Assembly: GCF_018977255.1 (NCBI RefSeq)
Contig: NW_024704742.1
Coordinates: 20,524,001 to 20,588,000, forward strand
Direction of reading: 5' to 3'
Source: Callorhinchus milii
Lineage: Eukaryota
DNA: 64,000 nt
Shown here piece by piece: positions 37,898-50,131 of the stretch. Every line of letters starts with the position of its first letter. Positions within the stretch are counted from its first letter, which is position 1. Under the pieces are notes generated by a model, which worked only from the letters and a program-made list of their open reading frames with translations, searched no databases and had not been told where the DNA came from. A program made the position numbers and the translations under genes.

Positions 37898-39808
37898 AGA
37901 AAGTTTAAAACTATTGTGTTACAAAACAAATCAAACTTGATACCATCGTTCTGTTTACCTCCCTACACTTGTGTGTTCCCTGAGAGTTCAATCAATTACA
38001 TGAAAACATTGACAATATCACATTTCAATATGAGCAAAAATGAATGGTAAGTGCTTTGGCATTGTTTACAGAAACCTTTCTGGAACTGTGGTACTACCTT
38101 TGGAATTTCCTTCAAATTACTTTTATAGACAAGTAGTCTGTGAAAGAGGATTCAAACCTAAATCAATAATATAGTTTTAGAACTGTCATTTAGATGATTA
38201 CTACACATAAGTAATGTCTTCTGTATAGATTGACTGTAAGACAAGGATTCACCTCAGACAAAATGAACATTGGCAAAACAACAAGGTAAATGTCAAGATG
38301 CCAATTTCACTGACAATTCTCATTTCAGCTGCCTTGAGGTTTGACAGGATGTCTTGGCTCCTTCAAATGTTGTGACATTTAGTATAAAGTCTGCCGGTCT
38401 CAGCATTTCACAATAGGTTGCTTTGAAGTGTGGTTGTATCCAATTGAAATTATTTCACCTTTTCAACATCAACCAAATAAGTTCTAAGCAAATATGGGAC
38501 TCCAATAATTGCACACTTTTCCCTTTATCTTTTTTTTCTGAATTGAAACTCTCCTGCAATTACAGAACCTGAACTATTAAACTCTTAGATATGGGATCAG
38601 AATGCATAGATCCTATAAAATATTATTGGTCAGATTGTCTTTTCATCCACTCTATCAATGTCGCACCCCAATAGTTGCAGACCAGTATCCATGCTGTCAA
38701 TCACTTGAACCTCATAGAAACAACAGTGAATCAGAAGAGGCTGCAACTTGTCAATCGCCACCTAAGCACTTTGAGATGTCTGACATGAACGGCGCTATTC
38801 AAATGAAAGGATGATCATTATTAAAATCATCTTTTTAAATACAGAATTGGTAGTTCCAGCGAAGGGTGAATTCTGAAATGAACAAATATTCTTAGGGACA
38901 AATATTCTGTACTTGAGAGCATATTATTCACAAAAGGAAGGAGTTTGGTAGTGAACAGTGGAGATGCAAATTTTGCTTAATTGCTTCTCAGATTCATGGA
39001 TCATCTGTGCAGACTTGCCCCCAGGAGATAGAGTGAGTGAGGTGCATCTTGTTTGGTCTGTGGAGGAGGGACTTAATGGATTGAATGACCTTTTGTTTTT
39101 AATGCATTATTTACTGTAACACACTTTGATGCGCTTGTTATTCACTGCATTCAACCTTGAGGATAATATACCAAATAGCCTTCCATAAAGTAACAATCAA
39201 GTAATTAAAATTGGCGATTAAATAATGCTTAGTCTAATAAGATACCTTCTACATTGTCATGCCATTAGTAAAGGTTCATATCTTAATCCACAAATAAAGA
39301 GTATAAACAGAATGCGGGCAATTTACTTTTTGGTGAAAAATTCAATCAGGATTTTTGGCTTATTCTATAGGTTGTCGGACAGAGGCAGAACCAACATAGA
39401 TTCATAAGAAATATGAAAAACAATGATCACGCCTTTAAAACTGAACTCAGTCATCATCACCCCTTTCATTTTAAACTTTTTTTAAAAAAAATGGGTTAAA
39501 TAAATACACATCAATGTTGTTTTTCTGCCCTGCCCACCAGACAGCTACTAACTGTCACTCGAGGGATTAAAGAAAACAATCTCATGGATCCAGTAATAAT
39601 AATCCAGCTGCTTTGGATATTGACATGAAAGTGTTTGGGTTTTTTCACTGAAATCCTTGAACTTCTGTCCAGTAATGTGACATTTCACGCTCGACAATTA
39701 GCAAACTGGACAAACAGAAACATTATAACTAACAAAAGTCATCCTTAATGGATACCATGGGATACAGCAGAGCCCATCCTCAAACCCATGACTGCAGTCT
39801 GACCACCT

Positions 39809-40228
39809 ATGGATGGCGGATGGATGATGGATGGTGGATGATGGATGGATGGATGGATGGATGGATGGATGGTGAGTGGATGGATGGTGGATGGGTGGAT
39901 GGATGGTGGATGATGGATGGATGGATGGATGGTGGATGGATGGTGAGTGGATGGATGGTGGATGGGTGGATGGATGGTGGGTGGATGGTGGATGATGGAT
40001 GGATGGTGGATGGATGGTGAGTGGATGGATGGTGGATGATGGATGAATGGGTGGATGGATGGATGGATGGTGGATGGATGGTGAGTGGATGGATGGTGGA
40101 TGATGGATGAATGGGTGGATGGATGGATGGATGGTGGATGGATGGTGAGTGGATGGATGGTGGATGATGGATGAATGGGTGGATGGATGGATGGGTGGAT
40201 GGATGGTGGATGGATGGATGATCGGATG
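39809..40228. repeat. Compound (GGAT)n microsatellite with higher-order repeats
   Basis: GGAT/GGT/GAT units with a recurring GGTGAGTGGATGGATGGTGG marker roughly every 60-75 bp. Confidence 0.95.
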
Positions 40229-40239
40229 TAATACTAAAA

Positions 40240-41075
40240 AAAAACCACACCGCAGTTAACAGTCTCCAATGGGAACTTCCCCAACACACTCAACAACACT
40301 GAGCACACCACCTCAGCTCGTTCTTCCCAGTATTCTCGCTGCAAGTCGATGTATTTCTGAATGCTGCCGAGGATCTCGAGGCTTATCTGTCTACACACAG
40401 CGCCCGCTCACGGGCAGGAACACGATTGCAAAACCCGGGGTGGTCCGATCTTCCTGAAATCTTCCACAAGGAACACTTTAGGGACGAGACGAATCCAATG
40501 CATTTGCAACAACAACAACAACAACAATAACAACAACGTCAACGAACCTCGATGTGTTCGTGAGCCCTTAAAAGCTAAGTTAACGTTGCACCATCGCACG
40601 GGTTAAATAAAGCACATGGGAACAGGAGAAACTTCCCAATTTGCTGGAGTTTCCATTTCATTGCATTGCATTGCATGTCTCTCCCATCCTGATGAACCTC
40701 TGGTGGGAGAGATGGGCAAAGGGTTTTAGAAACCAACCACGGGACCTGTGGCAGATCTCATCGAAAGGAAAGCCAAGGGGGAGGGGGTGGTGGTGGTGGG
40801 GGGGTGGTGGGGGGGTGGTGGGACAGCCAACGTGTGAGAGATCTTTAATATATTCACCAGAAATCTTCGGTCAAATGAAACAGCTCTCAGCCAATTCACA
40901 TGCAAATTTAGGTCGGACTTCAGGGCTCTCCATGACACAGCTGCCAGGCGTTATTCCCTCTGTGTGTGTGTGTGTGTCGGTCTGTATAAAGTCAGTGGCA
41001 AAGCTCTGCATTTCACATTCAGTTACGGATCCTCTTCCTGAGCTGAGACTCCTTCAGTGTAGTGCCTTTGCAATG
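40240..41075. promoter_or_regulatory. CpG-enriched unique region, candidate promoter or first exon
   Basis: Many CpGs outside any recognised repeat; CCAAT at 40891, ATGCAAAT at 40900, CAGCTG at 40938, TATAAA at 40985, Inr-like TCAC/TCAGTT at 41013-41024. Confidence 0.45.
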
Positions 41076-41077
41076 CA

Positions 41078-41236
41078 ACACACACCCACACACCACACAC
41101 ACACACACACACCCACACCACACACACACACAAACCCACACCCACCACACACACAAACCCACCACACACCCACTCAAACCCCCACACACCCACACAAACC
41201 CCCACACACACATAAACCCCCCCCACACACACAAAC
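41078..41236. repeat. CA-rich low-complexity tract abutting an assembly gap
   Basis: CAC/CA units run into N residues at 41237-41261. Confidence 0.95.
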
Positions 41237-41261
41237 NNNNNNNNNNNNNNNNNNNNNNNNN
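41237..41261. other. Assembly gap
   Basis: Run of N residues. Confidence 1.
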
Positions 41262-41539
41262 CACCTCCTCCTTGGTTAATCATAATCAAGTAGCATAATA
41301 CTGATGCCATTATGATGAATATGACAAACATTTCTTTCCTTCTTCAAAACAGCTACGACTTAAATCCCTGAAGTGTCCCCCAAATTAATTTAAACCAATT
41401 TTGCTTTTTGGCCACTATTAAATTTTCCTTTAGTAAGCTATGCATCTAACACGTGTAGAAACCCATCACAGTGTTTAAGAGTATCCATACCAGACTGCCA
41501 TACCAGACAACAGGTTACACATACTGGATAATGAGATCA

Positions 41540-41610
41540 AATACAACAACTGCAACTTGCATTTATAAAGTGCTCTCCACGCAGGGTAGCGTCTCAGAGC
41601 GCTTAATAGA
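41540..41610 (-). mobile_element. Solo L2 3' tail
   Basis: CAACAACTGCAACTTGCATTTATAAAGTGCTCTCCACGCAGGGTAGCGTCTCAGAGCGCT; same tail type as 47900 and 56780. Confidence 0.75.
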
Positions 41611-42640
41611 GGAGGCAAACACATGCATGAGGGTTTTGGCTTCAAATAGGGCAAAGTGCCTTCTTCATCTGAACTGATCTTGTGAAGACCTAATTCTTTG
41701 ACCATATTTCTGTATTTTTGGCAACCTCATCCAAATTCACACCCCCACCCCCTTCCCATGCCAGTCCAGACTCCTGCTCAATCGCTGTAAAGTACTCTCA
41801 TTGTGAAAGGCACTATTTAAGTGTGAACTTTTTTTTGTCCTTCCATTGATATAATAATAATAATAATCCTTGCATTTGGTATAGCATCTTTCATGTACAG
41901 ACACATCTCAAAGCACTTCACAGCATCTACTGTAGAGAGCTGTGACTGCAATTTGTTGGCTGAAGCAGTAAGCAGCGGCAACTTAGCAGTAAGTGTTACA
42001 CCCCCATGGAGCTGATATTGATAATTAACAAGATTTTCAAGACGGGTGAGATATTTTACTAGCCAGTAAATGTGACTTTTACAATGGAAAAAATCTTATT
42101 TTAAACGCACACTGCCAGCACTGCAACACCTAGCAACAATTGTTACACCCCCATGGAGCTGCAATAATTGTAACTACAAGAGAGTCTGTAATCCTTATAG
42201 AATGGAAGTGAATGCTTCACAATCACACTTTCTTAGTGTAATTTCTTTGGTCTTCTCAGTACAAGAAATATATCACTCGGTTGTACACTGTCTGATTCTA
42301 TTCATGCACTACAATCGGAAGATGCTCGGCAACAAATGAATTTGGTGATTACAAAGATTGCAAAGGACAACTGTGCAGATGCTGAAAATCATGAAATATG
42401 GTTAAAAGTTAAATGCTCAGATTTACAGCGACTGTTGAATCATCCTGGTCAGTTCCTTCATCAATACCACATTCTGTTTACCTACAAAATACATAGTCAT
42501 TGCATTTTACAGTAGATCCTGTGAAGCACTTTGAAACTTTCTCCTGTAGTAAAATACACTATATTAAAGGATTATTATTATTTTTTACAGTATCACCAAG
42601 GATCACAGTTCCTGTGTTTTTAAAAACTTTAATTTCATCT

Positions 42641-43360
42641 ATGTCAGCTTGGCTCAGTGGTAGCACTCTTGCATCTGAGTCAGAACATTGTTGGTTCAAG
42701 ACCCAGGTTGGGTCTTCAAGTTACATAGTCTAAGGAAAGTTGAATGGACTGTGTTACATTGTCTAAGCATACTGAGGTCCCATCTGGAGTCCTGTAGCTC
42801 AGTGGTTGAAGCACTCACTTTGCAAGCGAGACACCTGAGTTCAATCCCAGGCAGGTCAGGGCGAAACCTTGGGCAAGTTTCCTTACTCCACACGCCTGAT
42901 AATAATCCCTCCAAAACAAAACAATAAAAAATTGGTCATTTTTAATCCACAACTGTTTGTGGGACACTGCTGTGTACAATTGGCTGCCGTGTTTCGCCCA
43001 CAAATATACGGTCAATTCACTTTACAGCCTATTCTGTGAAGCGTTTTGAGACATCGAGAAGACGTGAAAAGCGCTATATCAAATGCAAGGATAATTATTA
43101 TTATTATCTGCCTGTTCAGGTGGACGTTAAAGATCCCATGGTGCTGTTCAAAAAGAGAAGAGAGCTTCTCCCTGTGTCCTGACCAACAATCCCCCAAATA
43201 AAAAGTGGTCAGTCGTTTCATGGTTGTTTGTGGGTCATCGATGCTGTCGCATTTGCCAACTAATACACAGTTACTCTATATTTCCCAGTAAATCCTGTGA
43301 AGCGCTTTGAGACGTCCTTCCAATTATACCAAATGCCAGGATTATTCTTATTATTATTCT
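42641..43360 (+). mobile_element. SacSINE1/Deu-domain-like SINE hosting a nested SINE
   Basis: Head TGTCAGCTTGGCTCAGTGGTAGCACTCTTGCATCTGAGTCAGAA; Deu-like core CAGGTGGACGTTAAAGATCCCATGG resumes after 43110. Confidence 0.8.
42786..43107 (+). mobile_element. Complete tRNA-SINE with an Ala(UGC)-like head
   Basis: A-box TAGCTCAGTGG, anticodon-like loop TTTGCAA, B-box GAGTTCAATCC, core, L2-type tail and (ATT)n; flanked by ATCTG. Confidence 0.9.
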
Positions 43361-44689
43361 ATGTAGCTAGTGTACTTTTATCTTAGTGATCTGTAGTCCA
43401 ATGATCCCAGTTAATTGAAAATATAATTTCAGTGCACTAATCTGTCAAGATAGTTTTCATTATTTCATTCATATAAATTCTATACTAATTCATACAAATT
43501 CTATAAGATAACATGATTTGATATAATTAATTACCATCTATTATTAAAATATTTTAATGCAAGATTTTCCTGAAACAGTCAAAAATATTATACATCTTTA
43601 TAATTCATCACAAACAGAAGTCTATAACACACATTAATAATCTTTCAGATACTAAATATTGCTTCAGGAGAGCAATATGAATTTGTTTCCCTTCACTCAT
43701 TCTTTATTATACTCATTCTGAAGAACCGGCAAAAGGTGTTGATGAAAGACATTCATAGCATTAAGGAAAAATGGGATATTTGAGAATGTGTAAAAAGCAT
43801 TACACTGAGCACTGTGACAAATATCACTGTGCTAATGGAGAAGTAATTAGGACACAACAGTGTGCAAAAAGAATAATACTGCATTGCTCAATAAAGATCC
43901 AACAGAAAGACATTGTCTGTGACAGTTATTAACAAAACTCTGTCCTTTCAGATTCACTCCATGTATTAGCGATGAAAGGTTAATTGAATGCCATATAGAA
44001 TCCTTTAAAAGTTGTATTACCTTGCTCTTGAATGTAAATGCATGATGCAGAACTGGTTCTCCATGAAATTAACTTTGCAGTAAAGTGCTTGTCGCCTCAG
44101 GTTGCAGGAAATAATGTTTGTGTTAATATTTCCTGATTTACAGTATGCCTGCAGTATTTAGCCTACTGTTTTGCCACCTATATCAGGGGATCAGTTATAA
44201 AATAAACAAGGCAGCTACTTGCAATTGGTGCTCATATAAATTGGCCATTCACTTCATGGCTTATTGAGGGATCTTGCTAGTGCAAATGGCTGTTACGTAT
44301 TCTTATAAATATAGTCGCTGCAGGTGATATATAAAAAATGGAAATGTTTCCTTTACCATAACAGGCAAAAGTAAATGTAGTTTTTTTTCAGTCAGTGAAA
44401 GTGCAACTTCTGCTTGTTTGCTAAATGTGTGTTGCATTGAGCTGGCTGATAGGGCAATTTTCCTGACCTGAACATTTTGCACTGGTCTCCAGCAGCCTGA
44501 AGGAGTTAGGTGAATATGGTATGAATTATGGTATTAACTAGCAGGTTATTAATGAAGACAAGAAACCAAGTGTGTTCAATTGCTTCTACAAAGATATTGT
44601 AGCAATTTGTTTATTATCCACTCATCATAACTTGAGGTTTGAATCTTTAAAGAACATATAACGTTCAGAAAGTTATATAGCATCCTAGT

Positions 44690-44850
44690 ATTTTACAGCA
44701 TAATAGGAGCACATTCAACCTATTGGGCCAGTGTCAGCTCTCTAATACGAGTCATCCAATTAGTCCCCCCCAAGTCTCCTGCCTTTTCATCACATCCTTT
44801 TATGTTTTATTTTTTGAATATTTCACTTTTCACTTTTAAACATTGTTATT
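44690..44850 (-). mobile_element. CR1 3' end, diverged
   Basis: TTTTACAGCATAATAGGAGCACATTCAACCTATT..CAATTAGTCCC; matches the 838-960 family. Confidence 0.6.
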
Positions 44851-45444
44851 AGATTAAAGGGATCTGAACACAAGCTAAAAAAAGAAATGATAGACTGACG
44901 GTCGAGAAATAGTTGGTTTTACAGAGTATGCTAAATACGTGAAATAGACTATCCAGGTGGGGGATGATTTTTCAGCAAATACTGGAGGACCTTAAATGGC
45001 AAGTTAGTAAATAATTGAAATAAGACATATGAGAAATGTAGGATTGTGTACTATTTACTGTGTTTTTCCCTTTATTTTTGGTGCAAACAGACTGCAATGG
45101 TCCTGTACATCACTATCACTACATTTCTAGACTGTGGATTTGAGCTATTCAATACATGTTGCTATGAAATAAAGTAGGAGAACAAACAATCACAGGATTT
45201 AATGTAAAGTATATAGTGACTGTATTTTATATGCAACTCATCCAGTTGTTTTTTGAAGGAGTTAATCAACTGCATGTCAACTGCTTTTGTTGGGAGTCGA
45301 TTCTACGTATTCCCAAATTCCCCACTTCTCCCAAAACTGAAAAATCTGTATGGTAGAAAATATCTTCTATATCCTGTTCCCATTTGAGGCTCATAAATTT
45401 AAACCATATACCCTGTAGTTCAGCTCGTAGTGAATTTAAAAAAA

Positions 45445-45585
45445 ACTTGCATTTGACATAGTGCCTTATCATATTGAGACATCTCAAAGCATGAAGTGAA
45501 TTGATTGTATATTTTTGGGCGAAACGCGGCGACCAATTGTGCATAGCAGTGTCCCACAAACATTCGTCGATTGAATGACCGAATA
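45445..45585 (-). mobile_element. tRNA-SINE 3' part
   Basis: CTTGCATTTGACATAGTGCC..GGGCGAAACGCGGCGACCAATTGTGC..GTCCCACAAAC. Confidence 0.8.
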
Positions 45586-46509
45586 ATTTTTTTAGACTGA
45601 GGTCTACATCTTTTGCATATTTCTTCATTTGTTCTAACTTCTGCAGCACTGTAAACTTTTCTAGTCCCAGAATAATCCTTCTTGCCCTTCTTATAAACCT
45701 TTCTACTCCCGACATAGAAAATGCTTTACAAATGTAATGTAGTTGTTGTTGTCTCCAATGCTTCAATTCTGTTATGAATTTTTGGTACACAATCTTACTT
45801 ACAATGCGGTATATGACGTGATGATAATTCACCAGTGACAAACACCAAAAGATAAAACATGGTTGTTTTGTATTCTTAATGACAGGTTTGGGGTGGATGC
45901 AGCTTCTGGAAAATAGTTTCTCTATCCACAGTTTACAAAGTTCAAACAGCTGACTTTTTTTTAAGTGGGAGGGCAAAGTGGTTCAACCCTGCTTCGATGC
46001 ATGCTGGTTTAACTTAGAATGCTGCCCTTGAGCAGAAATAAAAGTTTTAACAATGTGGCTATCAAAAACAACTTGATTATTTGAATTTTGAAAGCATTGA
46101 TCTTCCATATCATTATAAAATTCACATATCTTAATGCCTCCCCATCCCCACCAATATTCCAATGTGGTTTCCCCAATGATCTCTGCAAGGGTAAAACAAC
46201 TTAATATGATGCAGGGTTAAGTGCCCTCAAGGTTAGCTTTGTTCACAGCAGCTTCATATTGATTGGAAACCTTTAGTGAAGCATAATAGTCATACCAAAT
46301 TAGCTAGTTTGAAGTTTACTGCTTTAAATTGGATGCCCCAAAGTGTGTGCAATGTGTAGCTGTATGTATCAGGCAACCGGCTGACCCCAAAAATATCAAT
46401 AATACAACTCAAAAAACAAACTTGGTTTAATTTGGGTTCAGAAATTTACCCAATAAATTTTCAATTAATTCACAGTTTCACTGTGTACATGTGGTTATGG
46501 TTAATTTTG

Positions 46510-46880
46510 GAGATCTGTAGCTTTGTGGTTAGAGTACTCGCATCACAAGTGAGAGACCTGGGTTCGATTCCCAGCAGGGAAAAATATTGGGCAAGTTTCC
46601 TTACTCCACACACCTTTGTTTACCTAGCAGTAAGTAGGAACCCGATTATTAGTCAATTGGCGGATTGCTTTTCCGTGGAAATAATCCTTCAAAAATACAA
46701 AAAAAAATGTGGTCACTCAATCCACAACTGTTTGTGGGATGCTGCTGTGTGCAATTGGCTGCAGTATTTCACCGACAGATATACAGTCAATTCACTTTAA
46801 AGTATATTCTGCAAAGCGCATTGAGATGTCCAGAAGACGTGAACAGCACTATATCAAATGCAAGGATTATTATTATTATT
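46510..46880 (+). mobile_element. Complete tRNA-SINE, long variant
   Basis: Head with GGGTTCGATTCCC, CTAGCAGTAAGTAGGAACCC segment, core and tail. Confidence 0.9.
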
Positions 46881-46884
46881 TTTC

Positions 46885-47560
46885 TAATGCCCTTAACCCT
46901 ACATTTTATCTGCATTAAATTCCACCTGAACACTTGCTTAATTAGTCCAGAAGATCTTGAAGGCTATTAATCCTCCTTATATATAATGGCTAAATTGCTT
47001 GGTATCATTAGCAAATTTACAATACAAAAATGCTTACCTCTAAGCCATCTATGAACCGTGTGAACAGCAGGCAATCTAGGGCAGAACGGACCCTTATACA
47101 ACTGCACTTGGTATTACTTCTTTCCCCCCACCCCATTTCCCCTATGGACTTCTTCCATTTATTATCCTCTTCTGAACCAGCTTTCAATGTTGAGATTTAT
47201 CAAAGGTCTTCTGAAATCCACTTAAATTATATTTACGAGATAGCCCTCATCTGTTTCAGCTACTTTTCAATCCATGATGCTGTTCCATATAGCCCTTTAG
47301 ATGAACATCCCAAATAATGCTCTCAAGTAGTTCCTCACAACAGATGTTAGGATAATTAGCTGCTAATTTCCAGTCTCGTGCCTCACTTCTTTTACAAATA
47401 TCAGGATAACATTGGCTGTCCTCCACTCTTCAAGTACAGCTCCACTGTTTACCAAGGTCCTAAAATATTAACCAGAACATCATTTATTTTCCCCTGCATT
47501 TCCTGAGGATCCTCCAGTGGATCTTTTCTGGTCTATTGCCTTGTAGACATTTGTTGTTCC
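46885..47560 (-). mobile_element. Old CR1 RT-region fragment
   Basis: ACATTTTATCTGCATTAAAT.., ATCATTAGCAAATTT (KFAND on the minus strand) and CAGGATAACATTGGCTGTCCTCCA (WRTANVIL). Confidence 0.55.
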
Positions 47561-47899
47561 AATGTATTCATCACCTGTGCACTACTGTTAATTATTTGTG
47601 TTAAGAATCCCCAGCCATAATGATTGGATGTGAAATTTATCTACAGCTTTTTTTTATTAAAAGGGATGTGAAAATCTACAACTCACGTGTCATGAGATAC
47701 AATACAATCTGTGTTAAAGGGTGTATTTGGATTACCGTTCCATCTAATGCTCACATAACTAAACAATTTCTTTGTATCTTGTTTGCTGCTTTTATTATAG
47801 CATATTTGCTGATCGCCCTCAGTTTTGATATTTAGTACATTAACAGCTCCCATTTTTTCCTTTTTGCAATTACGTTTTTCCATGTTAATTCAATTCTTC

Positions 47900-48135
47900 T
47901 TCAACAATAACAACATCTTGCACTTATATAGCGCCCTCCATGCAGGGTAGCGTCTCAGATTGCTTATTGGTGGCGGAGCCTGAACCCAAGCCGGGTGGGG
48001 AGGTGGCTATAAGCAAGGTCAAAGAAGAAGGTTTTCAGATGGGACTTAAAAAAAAGGGGAGACGGGATACAAAGGAGGGATTGAGGCAGAGTGTTCCAGG
48101 GTTTCGGGGTGTAGTGACTGAAATTTACATCGCAT
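47900..48135 (-). mobile_element. L2 3' end
   Basis: PKPWNTLPQSL..FKSHLKTFFFDLAY followed by the tail. Confidence 0.85.
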
Positions 48136-49146
48136 ATGAAAGAGAGTTGGAAAGAGAGCATTGCACTGAAAAGATGAGTGATCTTTCAGGCTTGTCTATG
48201 TTCTGAGCTTTGTGTAAATATTGACTGCTAAGGGGCTGTTGGAGGTGTACTATTGACTTGAGGACTTTCACAGATGATTACTAGTGTTACAGGGTGACAA
48301 ACAGATGGCTGAAGTCATTCATGCACATTCAAGATTACCTCTGTAATCCATGCACCAATGGTTTATCCTGTAACTTGGAAATCACAAGCAATATTCATTT
48401 TATTGTAGTGCTGGGCTCAAATCAGTGCAAATGTTTAAACATGCATCAGAAAACAAGTAATGGATGTTTTAAGGGATTGCAAAGAATGCAAATTCTATAC
48501 ATCTGAAGTTCTCAAAAACAAAGAAGCAGGGCTGTGCCCTGAATTAATGTGTAATTACTCTTGCTGTGATGTTACGTTAGAATTATCGCAAGGCAACTAT
48601 TCAGTTGGTGACAGGTATAGTGTTTTGTGACATCAATAGGTGATGATCTCTGGTAACATTAGTTACTCAAGAGAATAAGGTTGAAATAGTGACAGCTTTA
48701 AGCTATTGTGATTAACATTGCAATTCAAGCAAATAATGAAAATGGACAAAATAATACATTCAACCTAAGCATATCGTAATTAGGCTTGTCCAGATTCATG
48801 TAAACATTAATATTTGTCACTTCTTTTGGTTGTTCCCCAATCAGATGCAAATATATTTTCATTAATAAAAAGAATCGGAAAAAAATGCATTAAAACATGG
48901 CTGGAACCATAGGGCTTTGAAATGCTACTCCATGTGAAAAGTGTTATATGAGTGTAAGTTGTTGTTGTAGAAATCTTGTGTCCTGGGATCAAAGGTGAGT
49001 AAGGGGGAGGAGAAGGAGGAAGAGCCTAAAATTGCACACCTGTCGTAAGTGACTTACATCAGGTGACTGAAAGCAGTGCTTTTGCTGAGGTGGCAGAGGA
49101 AGCCTAGGTATTATTATGTTTGTCATTTTTGGGCGCTCCAAATGCA

Positions 49147-49305
49147 AAAATTGTAATTGAAACAATTCATAGAATCATAGAATTATACAGCACAGAAGGA
49201 GGCCATTTGGCCCACCGTATCTGTGCTGGCTCTTTGAAAAGAACTATAGAATTCAATCCCACTCCTCTGCTGTCTCCCCATAGCCCTGCAAACTTGTCAT
49301 CCCCA
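49147..49305 (-). mobile_element. CR1 3' end
   Basis: CATAGAATCATAGAATTATACAGCACAGAAGGAGGCCATTTGGCCC. Confidence 0.85.
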
Positions 49306-49436
49306 TTCTGAAATTCTGAAAGAAATTTTAAAATAATTGTTTATTTTCTAATGAAAATCACACAAAACAAAACTTGATTTGCACCAACCCTGAATACAAT
49401 CAATAACCCACACAAGGAAGTGATCACAAGACTTAC

Positions 49437-49506
49437 CTGATCAGGAGGTGCATAAGGTATCGTGAATGCAGATCTCAGGAAGTATGTAACATGGAACTGA
49501 TGTTCC
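49437..49506 (-). other. Candidate 70-nt exon
   Basis: ctttttcaag|GGAACATC..CTGATCAG|gtaagt with a consensus donor; one open frame, EHQFHVTYFLRSAFTIPYAPPDQ. Confidence 0.25.
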
Positions 49507-49554
49507 CTTGAAAAAGCTCAGTTGGGAAAACCAATCCATGATGTGAAATTGTTA

Positions 49555-49900
49555 CTAACAGAGCTGGATAGTCTTAGAGGGGAGTGAAGGGTACTGGTGT
49601 CAACCTCAGTTTTCCTTGTGTAGGGAGGAAGAGAAGTCGGCCAGAGTTCCTGCTCCTGATTGCTATCCAGGGAGCATCGGTGGACAATGTTTATACATGA
49701 GCTTTGGTTGAATACCAGACTGGGCTCAGTTGTAATTCAGCAATCTTCCCCCCTCAATTCTAGAACATAAGAGTTGTATAGGCTGCTGGCACTAATTTGC
49801 TCTCCACATAAAGAATGCCCATCTGAATAAACTTTTGCCGATAACCCACTCATTCCCATACAAATCGATTCAGTGTCTTCAGTACAGGAGCGAGGACATT
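49555..49900 (+). mobile_element. LF-SINE-related SINE
   Basis: GGCCAGAGTTCCTGCTCCTGATTGCTATCCAG..GGGCTCAGTTGT..CACATAAAGAATGCCCA..CTTCAGTACAGGAG follows the remembered LF-SINE-type motif order. Confidence 0.5.
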
Positions 49901-50131
49901 TCTTAAAAAAATCTGATCTGAAGTAGCTTCTGTTTCAGTTTGTAAACAGCTACCATTATAGGTTGCTCATGATCAATACTGGGTCTGGTTAGTGTGCAGT
50001 TTGTCTATTATAAATCTGACCCCGGTCAGAATTGCCCCAGTGGACGTATTCTGTAAGAAATCTCCCTCATCCCTTCCCCCACTGCACCAGTTTATTGCTG
50101 AATTAGTTTCACATATTCTTCGTAATAGATA

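Noticed and set aside
39748..41331. ORFs rich in W/M/D/G, H/P/S/I, H/T/P or V/C
   Set aside because: These are translations of the (GGAT)n and CA-rich tracts, and some cross the N gap.
42786..42858. tRNA-Ala-like gene
   Set aside because: It continues directly into a SINE body and tail and the stems are imperfect, so it is a SINE head rather than a tRNA gene.
45266..45976. 236-aa ORF, the longest in the track
   Set aside because: It reads through a SINE (45445-45585) and an L2 tail and has no recognisable domain, so it is most likely a chance open frame.
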